From IMG/VR virus record IMGVR_UViG_2061766007_000547: a DNA stretch of 64,000 bases. The stretch is one strand, 5' to 3'. The notes below the pieces were generated by a model. It was not told where the DNA came from. It ran no database searches and saw nothing but the letters and a program-made list of their open reading frames with translations. Of this stretch, positions 19,377-29,516 are shown one piece after another; the first letter of the stretch is position 1; every line of letters begins with the position of its first letter. The position numbers and the translations under genes were made by a program. The stretch is from an uncultured virus (IMG/VR IMGVR_UViG_2061766007_000547) (Duplodnaviria; Heunggongvirae; Uroviricota; Caudoviricetes).

Positions 19377-20479
19377 GTGATAAGCAGCTTAAAGTGATCA
19401 TTTATCATAAGTGGATATTGAAGATGGGCGGTGTTGAAACGTTCATATATAATTTCTGTGTGGCAATGCGGGACTTTTATGACATTACAGTTATGTATGA
19501 AACGGGCGATCTGTACCAGCTTGCACGAATGTTTCCTTATGTAAAGATTGAACAGATCGATATGAAGAAGAAATATCATGCTGACGTTGTTATTAATAAT
19601 ACAGCGTCATGGGTAAAGTTTCCAGATAATATTAAAGCCGATAAAATCTATACGATCATACATTGTGATTATACGGACTTTATGAAGTTTGGCGTAAAGC
19701 CTGTGCTTAATGAAGGGCATGAGTTTGTTTGTGTCAAAGGCTTTGCAAGAGACTCATATGAGAAGCTGTTTAATGTTAAATGTGATCTGATCGAGGGGAC
19801 ACTTCAGCCTGAGTTTAAACCTAAACAGGTTCTTCATCTGGTATCAGCTACAAGATTGACACCAGAAAAGGGACTTGAGAGAATGAAAACTCTGATGAGG
19901 ATATTGGCGGCGCATGGTGTGCGATATGATTGGAAGATCTTTACTAACGATCCGTTTGACGTTAGTGCATATCAGGGTGTATTTATAATGAAGCCTTGTT
20001 ATGATGTTATCGACTGGGTTGCGGACGCTGATTATCTTGTGCAGCTTTCTGATACCGAAGCGCTTTGTTTGGCGGTTAGGGAAGCTCTGAGTGTAGGTAC
20101 TCCTTGTTTGGTTACCGATATTCCAGGGTTCGACTATCTGATAGACGGCGAAATGGGTTATAAGTTTGATCTTAATATGAGCAATGTTGATGTAGATAAA
20201 ATTTGTAAACATATTCCTAAGGTGTCGTGGCATGAAGATAAAAAGGCTGTTATGGCTGCATGGATCGATAAGATCGGCAAGCCAGTTAAGGTTGAGAAAC
20301 CAGTGATCAATAAAGATGAAAAGGTTAAGATCAAAGCTTTGATCGGTTATACGGATATAATATTAAATAAATTTATACAGGAGGGGACGATTATGACTGT
20401 TACGAGGGAACGTGCATTTGTACTCTCCCACTCTGACGGCACTCGTCCCATAATTGCAGAGATATTGGAGGGCGAATAA
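19373..20479 (+). CDS. glycosyltransferase (GT-B fold, GT4-like) with small C-terminal extra domain
   Basis: MGGVETF, SATRLTPEKG, ADYLVQLSDTEALCLAVREALSVGTPCLVTD (ExxxxxxxE motif). Confidence 0.85.
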   Translation: MSDKQLKVIIYHKWILKMGGVETFIYNFCVAMRDFYDITVMYETGDLYQLARMFPYVKIEQIDMKKKYHADVVINNTASWVKFPDNIKADKIYTIIHCDYTDFMKFGVKPVLNEGHEFVCVKGFARDSYEKLFNVKCDLIEGTLQPEFKPKQVLHLVSATRLTPEKGLERMKTLMRILAAHGVRYDWKIFTNDPFDVSAYQGVFIMKPCYDVIDWVADADYLVQLSDTEALCLAVREALSVGTPCLVTDIPGFDYLIDGEMGYKFDLNMSNVDVDKICKHIPKVSWHEDKKAVMAAWIDKIGKPVKVEKPVINKDEKVKIKALIGYTDIILNKFIQEGTIMTVTRERAFVLSHSDGTRPIIAEILEGE

Positions 20480-20508
20480 TGTGAAAGCGAATATTGGGAG
20501 GTGGCGGC

Positions 20509-21087
20509 ATGAAAGAATTAATAGAATATTTTTCTGATTCAGGGAATGTCCTATCATTTTTCTTAGCATTGGTCATCTTGGTTGCGATAGTTAAGTTACT
20601 TGAAAAGTCTTTTTCGTGGGTATCTGCGAAACTGTTGAAGTATTACAATTTTAAACGTGGAAAAGAAACGGAAAAAGAAACAATAGAAACACAAGGGCAA
20701 CGTATTAAGGAATTAGATGAAAAACTAATTCAACATATGCACGACGCAGATAATGTAATGACACAGCGAATGGCAGAAGTGGACGGGAAATTGGATAAGA
20801 TCGGGGAAAAGGTTGATGATATAGCGCAGACTTTTGTTAAATATGAAGAACGACAAAAGAGTGTCAACACTATCCTGCTTCGTGATAAGATCAATTATAT
20901 TTATAAGGACTGCATTGCAAAAGGATATATACTTGAAAAACAGAAACAGGACTTTAAGTATGCGTATGATGAATATATAGCAAATGGCGGTAACTCATAT
21001 ATTATCAATGAGGTTGAACCATTTATCCATAATTGCAAAATGTTTTTATCCGACGCAGACGCAAAGAAGGCTGGGTTCGGAAAGTGA
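20509..21087 (+). CDS. membrane-anchored coiled-coil protein (holin-associated type)
   Basis: N-terminal TM FFLALVILVAIV, a coiled coil, and C-terminal YDEYIANGGNS. Confidence 0.55.
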   Translation: MKELIEYFSDSGNVLSFFLALVILVAIVKLLEKSFSWVSAKLLKYYNFKRGKETEKETIETQGQRIKELDEKLIQHMHDADNVMTQRMAEVDGKLDKIGEKVDDIAQTFVKYEERQKSVNTILLRDKINYIYKDCIAKGYILEKQKQDFKYAYDEYIANGGNSYIINEVEPFIHNCKMFLSDADAKKAGFGK

Positions 21088-21096
21088 GGTGGTTAA

Positions 21097-21435
21097 ATGC
21101 TTTGCATAAGACGACAGGCGATTATGCTTACAAGGGGTGACTCTGCTTATATCAGCTTTCAGCTGAAGAAGGCAGACGATAGTATTTATGAGCTTCAAGA
21201 GGGCGATCAGGTTATATTTAGATTTAAAGTAGGAAAAGAAATAACAGAGATAAACTGTTCAGTTGATATTAATAATCATATAACTGCGGTTGAAATATTG
21301 CCTGAACATACGCAGAACTTAAAGACTGGACAGTATAAGTATGAAGTTGAACTGATCACTTTTGACGGGAAGCATTCAACCTTTATTGCTGACCAGCCAT
21401 TTATAATCGGAAGGGAGTTGGAGGCGCGTGATTAA
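21097..21435 (+). CDS. BppU-like baseplate/Ig-fold protein
   Basis: IMLTRGDS...ILPEHTQNLKTGQYKYEVEL pattern. Confidence 0.55.
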   Translation: MLCIRRQAIMLTRGDSAYISFQLKKADDSIYELQEGDQVIFRFKVGKEITEINCSVDINNHITAVEILPEHTQNLKTGQYKYEVELITFDGKHSTFIADQPFIIGRELEARD

Positions 21436-21877
21436 TGATGGAAAGATAGTTGGATTGATCAATTCAATGTCGTCCATGAAAGGTAATCTGGCTTCACTTC
21501 AGGTTGAAACTGATAATCGCGGTGAACTAACGGGCATTGTTAATAGTCCGATGGTTTTAAAGGGTGTTGTTCAGGTGGCGGACAAATATCCATATGTTGC
21601 GATTATTTCTAAGACCAAGGCTGAGTGGGCGGCAATGCCGCAACTAATGTCGGTAAAAAATACACTGTATATTTATTCGGATTATCGGCAGGAAATAGAT
21701 CCTGAAACGGGCGATATTAAAAATATTCCGCGCGTAAAGATAGGCGACGGAATGGCTTATGTTGTTGATCTACCATTTACTACAATGTCGATTACTGATG
21801 AGGATATAGCAAAATGGAATGATCATGTTGGAGTTTATGTTGACGAAGAAACCTGCAATATGGTTTTCTATCATTAA
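21428..21877 (+). CDS. tail-fibre-associated protein with Mtd_N/hyaluronidase-N-like motif
   Basis: KTKAEW...LYIYSDY...RVKIGDG...DLPF. Confidence 0.55.
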   Translation: MINDGKIVGLINSMSSMKGNLASLQVETDNRGELTGIVNSPMVLKGVVQVADKYPYVAIISKTKAEWAAMPQLMSVKNTLYIYSDYRQEIDPETGDIKNIPRVKIGDGMAYVVDLPFTTMSITDEDIAKWNDHVGVYVDEETCNMVFYH

Positions 21878-21897
21878 AATTTAAGGAGGAATTTATT

Positions 21898-22137
21898 ATG
21901 AAGTATATCGTTATGGAATTACAGACAGCAGCAGATGGCACAGTAGCAAATTTGGTATCACAGTTTGACGACAGGCTTGCAGCAGAGTCGACTTATCATA
22001 GCATTTTAGCATCTGCAGCAATATCACAGCTGCCTATTCATGCGGCTATGATCTTTACAAATGATGGCACAATGGTTATGTCGGCTTATTATGTTCATGA
22101 GCAGCCTGCACCCGAACCTGAGCCTGAGCAGTCATGA
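21898..22137 (+). CDS. hypothetical protein
   Basis: 79 aa with AAGGAGG RBS. Confidence 0.65.
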   Translation: MKYIVMELQTAADGTVANLVSQFDDRLAAESTYHSILASAAISQLPIHAAMIFTNDGTMVMSAYYVHEQPAPEPEPEQS

Positions 22138-22170
22138 TATTAAAAAAATAAAATAGGAGGAAATTGATCA

Positions 22171-23016
22171 ATGGCAAATCCGATTATTTATACAGTCACG
22201 ATGCCCACTGGCAATGTATATGATATTGTTGACCAAGGTGCCAGAGAATTAATCAAAGAATTATTAAACTTCCATGAATGGTTGGGAGTTACTACGAGTG
22301 ATATAGAAGATGGTTCAACCACAAACCCTGTTTTAATTGATGGTGAGCCTGTTACTGCTGAAGCTGGTGACGTAGTTTCAAGAGATGATGATCATAGAGA
22401 CTTTGTGTTCTCAAGTACTGGTGTTTGGCAGAACTTTGGTAATCTACAGGGACTTGGAGCTTTGGCTTTTAAGGATAGTGCAAGTGGTTCATATACTCCT
22501 GCGGGAACTGTTAGCCAGCCCACATTTACAGGTGCTGCGACACAATCGACAGGTTCGTATACTCCTGCTGGTGATATTAGTCAGCCTACATTTACTGGTA
22601 CAGCATTTACTCCTGCGGGAACTGTTAGCACACCCACATTTACTGGAACTGAAGTAACACCCGCTGGTACAGTTTCGACAGTTAAGGCATTTAAAACTGC
22701 TGGAACGCTAGCAGAGTGTACAATGCCTACATTTACAGTAAGCAATGGCAATCTTACAATAACTGATGGTTCATATACGGCAGGGACTCTGCCTACTGGT
22801 GAGGACGTAACACCTACATTTACAGGTACAGCATTTACGCCTGCTGGTACAGTATCGCAGCCTACCTTTACTGGTACTGAGGTAACTCCTGCTGGTACGG
22901 TATCTCAGCCTACATTTAGCGGTACTGCAGCTACTATTGAAGTTGAGGGTACTCCTGCGGGTACAGTATCTCAGCCTACTTTCAGTGGTACTGCGGCAAC
23001 CATTACTGTTGAATAG
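22171..23016 (+). CDS. fibre/whisker-like structural protein with TPAGTVSQPTFTG repeats
   Basis: About 8 imperfect TPAGTVSxPTFxG repeats in the C-terminal two thirds. Confidence 0.7.
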   Translation: MANPIIYTVTMPTGNVYDIVDQGARELIKELLNFHEWLGVTTSDIEDGSTTNPVLIDGEPVTAEAGDVVSRDDDHRDFVFSSTGVWQNFGNLQGLGALAFKDSASGSYTPAGTVSQPTFTGAATQSTGSYTPAGDISQPTFTGTAFTPAGTVSTPTFTGTEVTPAGTVSTVKAFKTAGTLAECTMPTFTVSNGNLTITDGSYTAGTLPTGEDVTPTFTGTAFTPAGTVSQPTFTGTEVTPAGTVSQPTFSGTAATIEVEGTPAGTVSQPTFSGTAATITVE

Positions 23017-23044
23017 AAAATCAAAATAGGGAGGAAAAGTTCAT

Positions 23045-26000
23045 ATGCCTACAACAGATTATATATGGGAAGTGACGACTCCCGATTCTAACTTACATAA
23101 ATTAAAAGATGCTGAGTCAATGCATTACAGGGGAACCTTAGGTACTGGTGGTGATATTACTGTTCTTCCCACAGCATCAGCATCAAATAAAGGCGATACA
23201 TATAAAGTTATCACTGATGGAACTTATGCTGGTCAAGAAGCAAAAGCTGGCGATCTATTTATATCAAATGGATCTGCTTGGGTATTAATTAATGGTTCTG
23301 GTGGTAGTAGTGAAGATACAAAAGTAACCCAAACAGCAACTACAACAAATGCAAATTATGAAGTACTCTTTTCAGAGACTGCCGATAATACTACAAGGAC
23401 TGAAGGTGCTAGAAAAGCTGCAACTTTAAGATTTAATCCTTCTACATGCTCTTTAATGGAAGGTTCTGGTACTGCTTCTGGAAATTATTCACATGCAGAA
23501 GGTTCTGGTACAACTGCAAATGATGATTATACTCATGCTGAAGGTTATAATACAAGTGCATTTGGATTAGCTTCTCATGCAGAAGGTTATAGTTCAATTG
23601 CTACTCATAATTATACTCATGCTGAAGGTTTTTACACATGTGCTAGTGGTATAAATTCTCATACAGAAGGTGAAGGAAGTGTTACTTCTGAAAGAGCTGC
23701 ACATGCTGAAGGATTAGAATCAACTGCAAGTGGTATAGCTTCACACTCAGAAGGTTATAGAGGACTTGCTTCTGGAAATGGTGCACATGCCGAAGGTGGT
23801 TATGCTTCAGCTGGTGATTATTTGGGTACTTTTGCTACTGGAGAAAATTCTCATGCAGAAGGGTATTTGACTACTGCTAGCGGTAAAAATTCTCATGCTG
23901 AAGGTAATTATACTTGTGCTAACGGTATTGATTCTCATGCTGAAGGTACTCGAACTAAAGCAAATAGTACTGATTCTCATGCTGAAGGTAGTTATACTTA
24001 TGCCAATGGTACTGATTCTCATGCTGAAGGATATAGGACTTCTGCTTTAGCCTATGCAAGTCATGCTGAAGGATATGCTACAAGTGTTTCTGGAAGTTAT
24101 TCTCATGCTGAGGGTAGTTACAATTCTGCTAGTGGTAAAAATTCTCATGCTGAAGGTAACTATACTTGTGCTAATGGTACTGATTCTCATGCTGAAGGAT
24201 ATCAAACGAGAGCAAATAGTGCTGATTCTCATGCTGAAGGTAGTTATACTTGTACTTCTGGTACTTCGGCTCATGCTGAAGGATATGATACAATTGCAAG
24301 TGGTAAATATTCTCATGCTGCTGGTGAAGGTACTTGTGCTGCTGGTCAAGCTCAAACAGTAGTAGGTAAATTTAATATAGCTGATACTACATCATTATTT
24401 ATTATAGGTAATGGTACAAGTTCAGCAAGAAGTAATGCTTTACTAGTAGCTTCCGATGGCACAACAACACTTGGAGCTAGCGGTTCTATTGCTTCTGGAA
24501 ATTCGCAAGCAGTAACAGGTGGCGCTGTATATACTGCATTAGGTAATAAACTTGATGCTAGTCTTAAAGGTGCTGCGAATGGTGTTGCTGAGTTAGGATC
24601 TGATGGTAAAGTTCCTTCTGCTCAACTTCCTACAATTCCAGCAGCTCAGATACAGTCTGATTATACACAAAATGATAATACGAAGTTAGATTATATAAAG
24701 AATAAACCCACGTTGGGTACCGCGGCTGCTAAAGATATTCCTGCAACTGGTAATGCTTCAAGTAGTCAGGTGGTTTTGGGTAGTGATACTAGATTGTCTG
24801 ATTCAAGGACTCCTACATCACATACTCATGGCAATATACAAAATGGTGGTACACTTCAGACTAATGATGTTGCTATCGCTAATGGAGATAAATTAGTAGT
24901 AACTGATAGTAGTGATTCAAGTAAGGTAGCAAGATCATCGGTAACATTTGATGGTAGTACAACAACAAAGGCTCTTACACCAAAAGGAACTTTTGAGACA
25001 TTCTTGCAAACACATCAGAGTTTGGCTGCATATGCGCCGCTTAATAGTCCCGCATTAACAGGAACGCCTACTGCTCCTACTGCAACATCAGGTACAAATA
25101 CAACTCAGATTGCGACAACCGCATTTGTTCAGACCGCAATTGATAATTTACCTGAGCCTATGGTATTTAGAGGTTCATTAGGTACTGGCGGCACTATTAC
25201 TGCCCTACCCGTTGATGGTACTGCCAAAGTTGGTGATACTTATAAGGTTATTACCGCTGGTACATATGCTTCAAAGTCTGCCAAAGTTGGCGATACTTTT
25301 ATTTGTTTAACCAAAACTTCCACTGCAAATACATGGGAACTCATTCCTTCTGGTGATGAGCCGAGTGGAACTGTGACGAGTGTTGGAATTACTAATGGTG
25401 GTGGATTGAGTGTAAGCGGAAGTCCTATTACATCGTCGGGTATTATTACAATATCACATGCTGATACAAGTTCACAAGCAAGTGTTGATAATTCTGGCAG
25501 AACATATATTCAAGATATTACACTTGATACATATGGTCATGTTACTGGAATTGCTAGTGCTACTGAAACTGTAACTGATACACATAGACCGATACAGGTT
25601 AATGGTACACAAAATCTAGGTAATAACACAACACCATTAAATCTTAAAAATGGAACAAATATTACTGTTACTGCAGATGGCGGTAATGTTACAATTGCAA
25701 CAAGTGCCGAAGTAAATCAAAATGCATTTTCTACAATTGGTGTAAAAGTTGGCAGTACTACAACAAATGTTGCAGCTGATAGTAAAACTGATACTGTAAC
25801 ACTTATTCAAGGTAGTAATGTAACATTAACACCAGATGCTACTAATGATACTATTACTATCGCAGCTACTGATACAAAATATACAGCAGCTACAGCAGCT
25901 CCTGGTGATATTAGTTCATCTGCTGGTTCTGCTGGTAGTTCTACAAATTATGCAAGACAAGACCATACACATAAAATTACATTAGCAACTGGCGATTCAA

Positions 26001-29000
26001 ATGGACAAGTTAAGATTGCTGGTACAAATGTAAGTGTTAAAGGTTGGGATACTAAGAGAGATATAATTTATAAGAATTATCAAAGCGGATTTACAAATGG
26101 CACATGGTATAGATTATTTAAAGTGTCTTATTCTTCATGGAATTATTTTAATTATAGAATGACAGTTAAATGCGGTTATATGCCATTATATGAAGTTTTA
26201 ATGACTTTACGATTTACAAGTAGTGGTATATCAAGTAGTGAAACATATTGTAAGATAATTCCATCATCAAATGCAAGCGCAACTATAAAAAATAGCTTTA
26301 GGATATATCAAATTGATGATACTACTTTTGGTATTGCTGCTTTAGTATCTGGCGCAACTTCTGAACTTGGATTTGAAATATTAGATATGTCAAGAGAAGG
26401 AACTGTCGATATGTTAAGTTGTATGACAGTTGATGAACCATTCCTTGCTCTTAGTGCTGCTCCTACTGCATTTGGAAATCACATAGTTATTAGTGGTGAT
26501 TATAATGATTTAACTAATAGACCATCATTAAATTTCTTACCTTTATCAGGTGGAACAATGACTGGTGTGCTCAAAATGAAGGCTAGTATGTATGAAGATG
26601 CATATAATGGTGCCTTAGATATGAGTAACTCAGATATTTTTGGTTTGAATAGCATTTATACTGCTGACACATCTGATACTGCCGCTGAGGGTATTCATTT
26701 CTATAGAGATTCAACTCATGTTGATACTTTGTGGATGAGTGGTGGTGATATCCTATTTGTGCCAAATAGAGTATTAGGTACTAGTACAAGTAAAGCCGAC
26801 TCACAAAAAGTTGGTAGATTTACGGCTAATCCTACAAGTGGTCAAATAGTTATTACTGACGGTACTACTGGCGGAATGAAGTCTAGTGGATATACCACAT
26901 CGTCATTTGCAGCAGCAAGCCATACACATAATGTTGGTCAGATTACATGGGCTAGCGGACAGAACTTCACTACTTCAGCAACTGCAAATAATGCTGAATG
27001 GTCATTAGATTTAAATAGTGGTACTTATACTGGTGGATATTTTCATGTATGGTCTGGTAAAAATAGTAAATCTATTCTAATGTGTTATAATGATACTAAT
27101 GCTGTTACTATTCCAAGTGGTTCACTAACAGTATCAGGTGGAAAATTATTTGCAACTAAAGCAATAAATCAACTACTTACAGGTTCGGGAACTACTGCTC
27201 AAGATAAAGGTTCGGGAGTATCTCCAAGATATTTTCCTGCACTTTGGAAAATGAATGTAGGTATAGCAACACCAGCCGATGGTGATATAGTAACAATAAA
27301 AATACCATGTGCTGGTCATGATTTTGGTGTATTCTTATCTCTTGATAATGGTACTACATATAAACCAATCGGTCTTAAAACTCAAGATAATGGTCGTTTA
27401 ACTACACATTTTGGCAATGGCAAAATCATAACATTAATGTATGATTCAACTGCAGTAGTAGATCAAGTATTTGCTGCAGCTGGTGCAGATGCTAGATCAA
27501 ATATTACTGGTGCTTGGAAAGTTATAACAAGCTACTTAGATGGCAATACATATGATAGGAATGTATTTGGTTGGACTAATATTAAAGCATGGAGTACAGC
27601 TTTAACTGCTGGTAATATTATTGTTGGTATTAATGGTGTATTCCATCATCTTAAAGAAGGTACTGCATTTGATATTACTTACCCAATCTTGTATTTAAAT
27701 GCTAATGTTGGAGCAAATGGAACACAAAGTAATGTATATGATTGTATTAACTTTACCATAACAACAACTCAATCAATTACATTAACACAATTCTTACCTG
27801 TTTATATTAAGGGAACACTTAATGGTACTACATTTACACCAGTTAGTACTACCCCTTTAACTCAAACAGTTCCTACTTCATATGATGGTTATTATTATAT
27901 TGAATTAGGTATAGCTAGTAGTACAACTGCTGTTTATTTGGAACATAGGCATAAAATTTTAGCATTTCTTAATGGTAAGTTTGGTGAGGTTGTTAATGCT
28001 GCAGCTAATTGGGCTAATTATGCTGCTAGTGCTGGAACTGCTAGTACAGCTAGAAAAATTGTCAATGATACTATAAGAATGACCACTGCTGATACAGCGT
28101 ATAGTGATGCTGGTTTAAGATATTATCTTTCATCATCAAGTATGACTACTAATAAGCCTGTAGAAGATGGTAGTATTATACATATGCCATGGGACACAAC
28201 TGCGGGATGGGCTACTCAGCTTTTTGTTGGACATGCTAGTGCAGTACCTAAAGTATATGTTCGTACTCAAAATGATGCAACTTGGAAGAGTTGGCAGCCA
28301 GTAGGAGTATTTTCACAAACTGCTCCAACTTCTGGTCAAGTAGTTATTACTGATGGCACAACTGGTGGAATTAAATCAAGTGGTTACACAATAGCAAAAT
28401 CGGTTCCTTCAAATGCGGATTTTACTAATACTTGGAGAGGAATACAAAATAATCTTACAAGTGATTCTACTACAGATTCATTAAGTGCTGCTCAGGGTAA
28501 AGCATTAGCTAATGGCAGTGCAAGAGATTCGACAAAATTACCTTTAGCTGGCGGTACTATGACTGGACAGTTAAAGACATCTTATAATTCTGCTGTTGCT
28601 ATGGGTACTATGGAAGCCAATGCTCATACAATACCAGACTTATGTGAGTTATTAAGATACTCAAGTGGTGTTGCTGGATCAGTTAGTATTACTACTGCAT
28701 ATACCAAAGATGGCGTAACAATATCAAATGGTTGGTATAATTTCTTTTGGATACCGCATAGATCAGGTGGTGTAAATGGCGCTGCTAGTGGCGATAATTG
28801 TAATTACGGTTCTTTATATTTATCAGGTATGACTTTATCTGGGTTATATATGATTAGATATAGTAGTTCAGATATAGCAGAAGTAAAGTATATATATGCT
28901 GATACCAAAAACACTGCAGGCTCAACCGATACATCATCTAAGATATTCTTGATCGGTGCTACGAGTCAAGCAGCTAATCCACAGACTTATTCTGATGATC

Positions 29001-29407
29001 AGGTATATGTAACTAGTGGTACTTTACAAACCAATATAACTAAAGCTGTTACTGTATGTGCTAATAGTGGTGGTTCTAATACTGCTGGTGGATTAGCATT
29101 ATTTTCAGACGCAAATCCTGAACAATATGGTATAGCATTTAGAAATACTGGTAATAGTACTGGTCAGCTTGAAAAACACGGTTATGTACAAAGTGATTGG
29201 GCTACTTACTTTACCATGTCTAATACGGATAACCGTGGTTGGATATTTAGAAGAAATAAATCATCAGGTAATGTAGCCTCTATTGATACTTCTGGACGTG
29301 CAGTTTTTAATGGCAGTGTTACTGTTGGTGGCAATGCTGCTAATACAAGCGGTTGTCGTATGGAATTTAACAGTACAAATAAATGTGTAGATTTTGTATT
29401 TGCTTAA
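23045..29407 (+). CDS. long tail fibre 1 (2120 aa) with ~20 SHAEG 14-residue repeats
   Basis: YadA-head-like SHAEG repeats; fibre motifs SPALTGTPTAPT..TTQIATTAFV, NGVAELGSDGKVP, LPLxGGTMTG; internal duplications. Confidence 0.8.
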   Translation: MPTTDYIWEVTTPDSNLHKLKDAESMHYRGTLGTGGDITVLPTASASNKGDTYKVITDGTYAGQEAKAGDLFISNGSAWVLINGSGGSSEDTKVTQTATTTNANYEVLFSETADNTTRTEGARKAATLRFNPSTCSLMEGSGTASGNYSHAEGSGTTANDDYTHAEGYNTSAFGLASHAEGYSSIATHNYTHAEGFYTCASGINSHTEGEGSVTSERAAHAEGLESTASGIASHSEGYRGLASGNGAHAEGGYASAGDYLGTFATGENSHAEGYLTTASGKNSHAEGNYTCANGIDSHAEGTRTKANSTDSHAEGSYTYANGTDSHAEGYRTSALAYASHAEGYATSVSGSYSHAEGSYNSASGKNSHAEGNYTCANGTDSHAEGYQTRANSADSHAEGSYTCTSGTSAHAEGYDTIASGKYSHAAGEGTCAAGQAQTVVGKFNIADTTSLFIIGNGTSSARSNALLVASDGTTTLGASGSIASGNSQAVTGGAVYTALGNKLDASLKGAANGVAELGSDGKVPSAQLPTIPAAQIQSDYTQNDNTKLDYIKNKPTLGTAAAKDIPATGNASSSQVVLGSDTRLSDSRTPTSHTHGNIQNGGTLQTNDVAIANGDKLVVTDSSDSSKVARSSVTFDGSTTTKALTPKGTFETFLQTHQSLAAYAPLNSPALTGTPTAPTATSGTNTTQIATTAFVQTAIDNLPEPMVFRGSLGTGGTITALPVDGTAKVGDTYKVITAGTYASKSAKVGDTFICLTKTSTANTWELIPSGDEPSGTVTSVGITNGGGLSVSGSPITSSGIITISHADTSSQASVDNSGRTYIQDITLDTYGHVTGIASATETVTDTHRPIQVNGTQNLGNNTTPLNLKNGTNITVTADGGNVTIATSAEVNQNAFSTIGVKVGSTTTNVAADSKTDTVTLIQGSNVTLTPDATNDTITIAATDTKYTAATAAPGDISSSAGSAGSSTNYARQDHTHKITLATGDSNGQVKIAGTNVSVKGWDTKRDIIYKNYQSGFTNGTWYRLFKVSYSSWNYFNYRMTVKCGYMPLYEVLMTLRFTSSGISSSETYCKIIPSSNASATIKNSFRIYQIDDTTFGIAALVSGATSELGFEILDMSREGTVDMLSCMTVDEPFLALSAAPTAFGNHIVISGDYNDLTNRPSLNFLPLSGGTMTGVLKMKASMYEDAYNGALDMSNSDIFGLNSIYTADTSDTAAEGIHFYRDSTHVDTLWMSGGDILFVPNRVLGTSTSKADSQKVGRFTANPTSGQIVITDGTTGGMKSSGYTTSSFAAASHTHNVGQITWASGQNFTTSATANNAEWSLDLNSGTYTGGYFHVWSGKNSKSILMCYNDTNAVTIPSGSLTVSGGKLFATKAINQLLTGSGTTAQDKGSGVSPRYFPALWKMNVGIATPADGDIVTIKIPCAGHDFGVFLSLDNGTTYKPIGLKTQDNGRLTTHFGNGKIITLMYDSTAVVDQVFAAAGADARSNITGAWKVITSYLDGNTYDRNVFGWTNIKAWSTALTAGNIIVGINGVFHHLKEGTAFDITYPILYLNANVGANGTQSNVYDCINFTITTTQSITLTQFLPVYIKGTLNGTTFTPVSTTPLTQTVPTSYDGYYYIELGIASSTTAVYLEHRHKILAFLNGKFGEVVNAAANWANYAASAGTASTARKIVNDTIRMTTADTAYSDAGLRYYLSSSSMTTNKPVEDGSIIHMPWDTTAGWATQLFVGHASAVPKVYVRTQNDATWKSWQPVGVFSQTAPTSGQVVITDGTTGGIKSSGYTIAKSVPSNADFTNTWRGIQNNLTSDSTTDSLSAAQGKALANGSARDSTKLPLAGGTMTGQLKTSYNSAVAMGTMEANAHTIPDLCELLRYSSGVAGSVSITTAYTKDGVTISNGWYNFFWIPHRSGGVNGAASGDNCNYGSLYLSGMTLSGLYMIRYSSSDIAEVKYIYADTKNTAGSTDTSSKIFLIGATSQAANPQTYSDDQVYVTSGTLQTNITKAVTVCANSGGSNTAGGLALFSDANPEQYGIAFRNTGNSTGQLEKHGYVQSDWATYFTMSNTDNRGWIFRRNKSSGNVASIDTSGRAVFNGSVTVGGNAANTSGCRMEFNSTNKCVDFVFA

Positions 29408-29432
29408 TTTAACAAAAAAAATCAAAATAGGT

Positions 29433-29482
29433 ACTCAGGATAGTAATCAAGCTATATATAGGGTGCAATTCCCTACCTGAGT
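29433..29482 (+). ncRNA. tRNA-like element lacking an anticodon arm
   Basis: 7-bp stem ACUCAGG/CCUGAGU, 5-bp hairpin AUAGU/GCUAU, and T-arm UAGGG-UGCAAUU-CCCUA directly abutting the 3' strand. Confidence 0.5.
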
Positions 29483-29516
29483 TTAATTTAAATAATATGG
29501 AGAGGAGGTTAATAAT

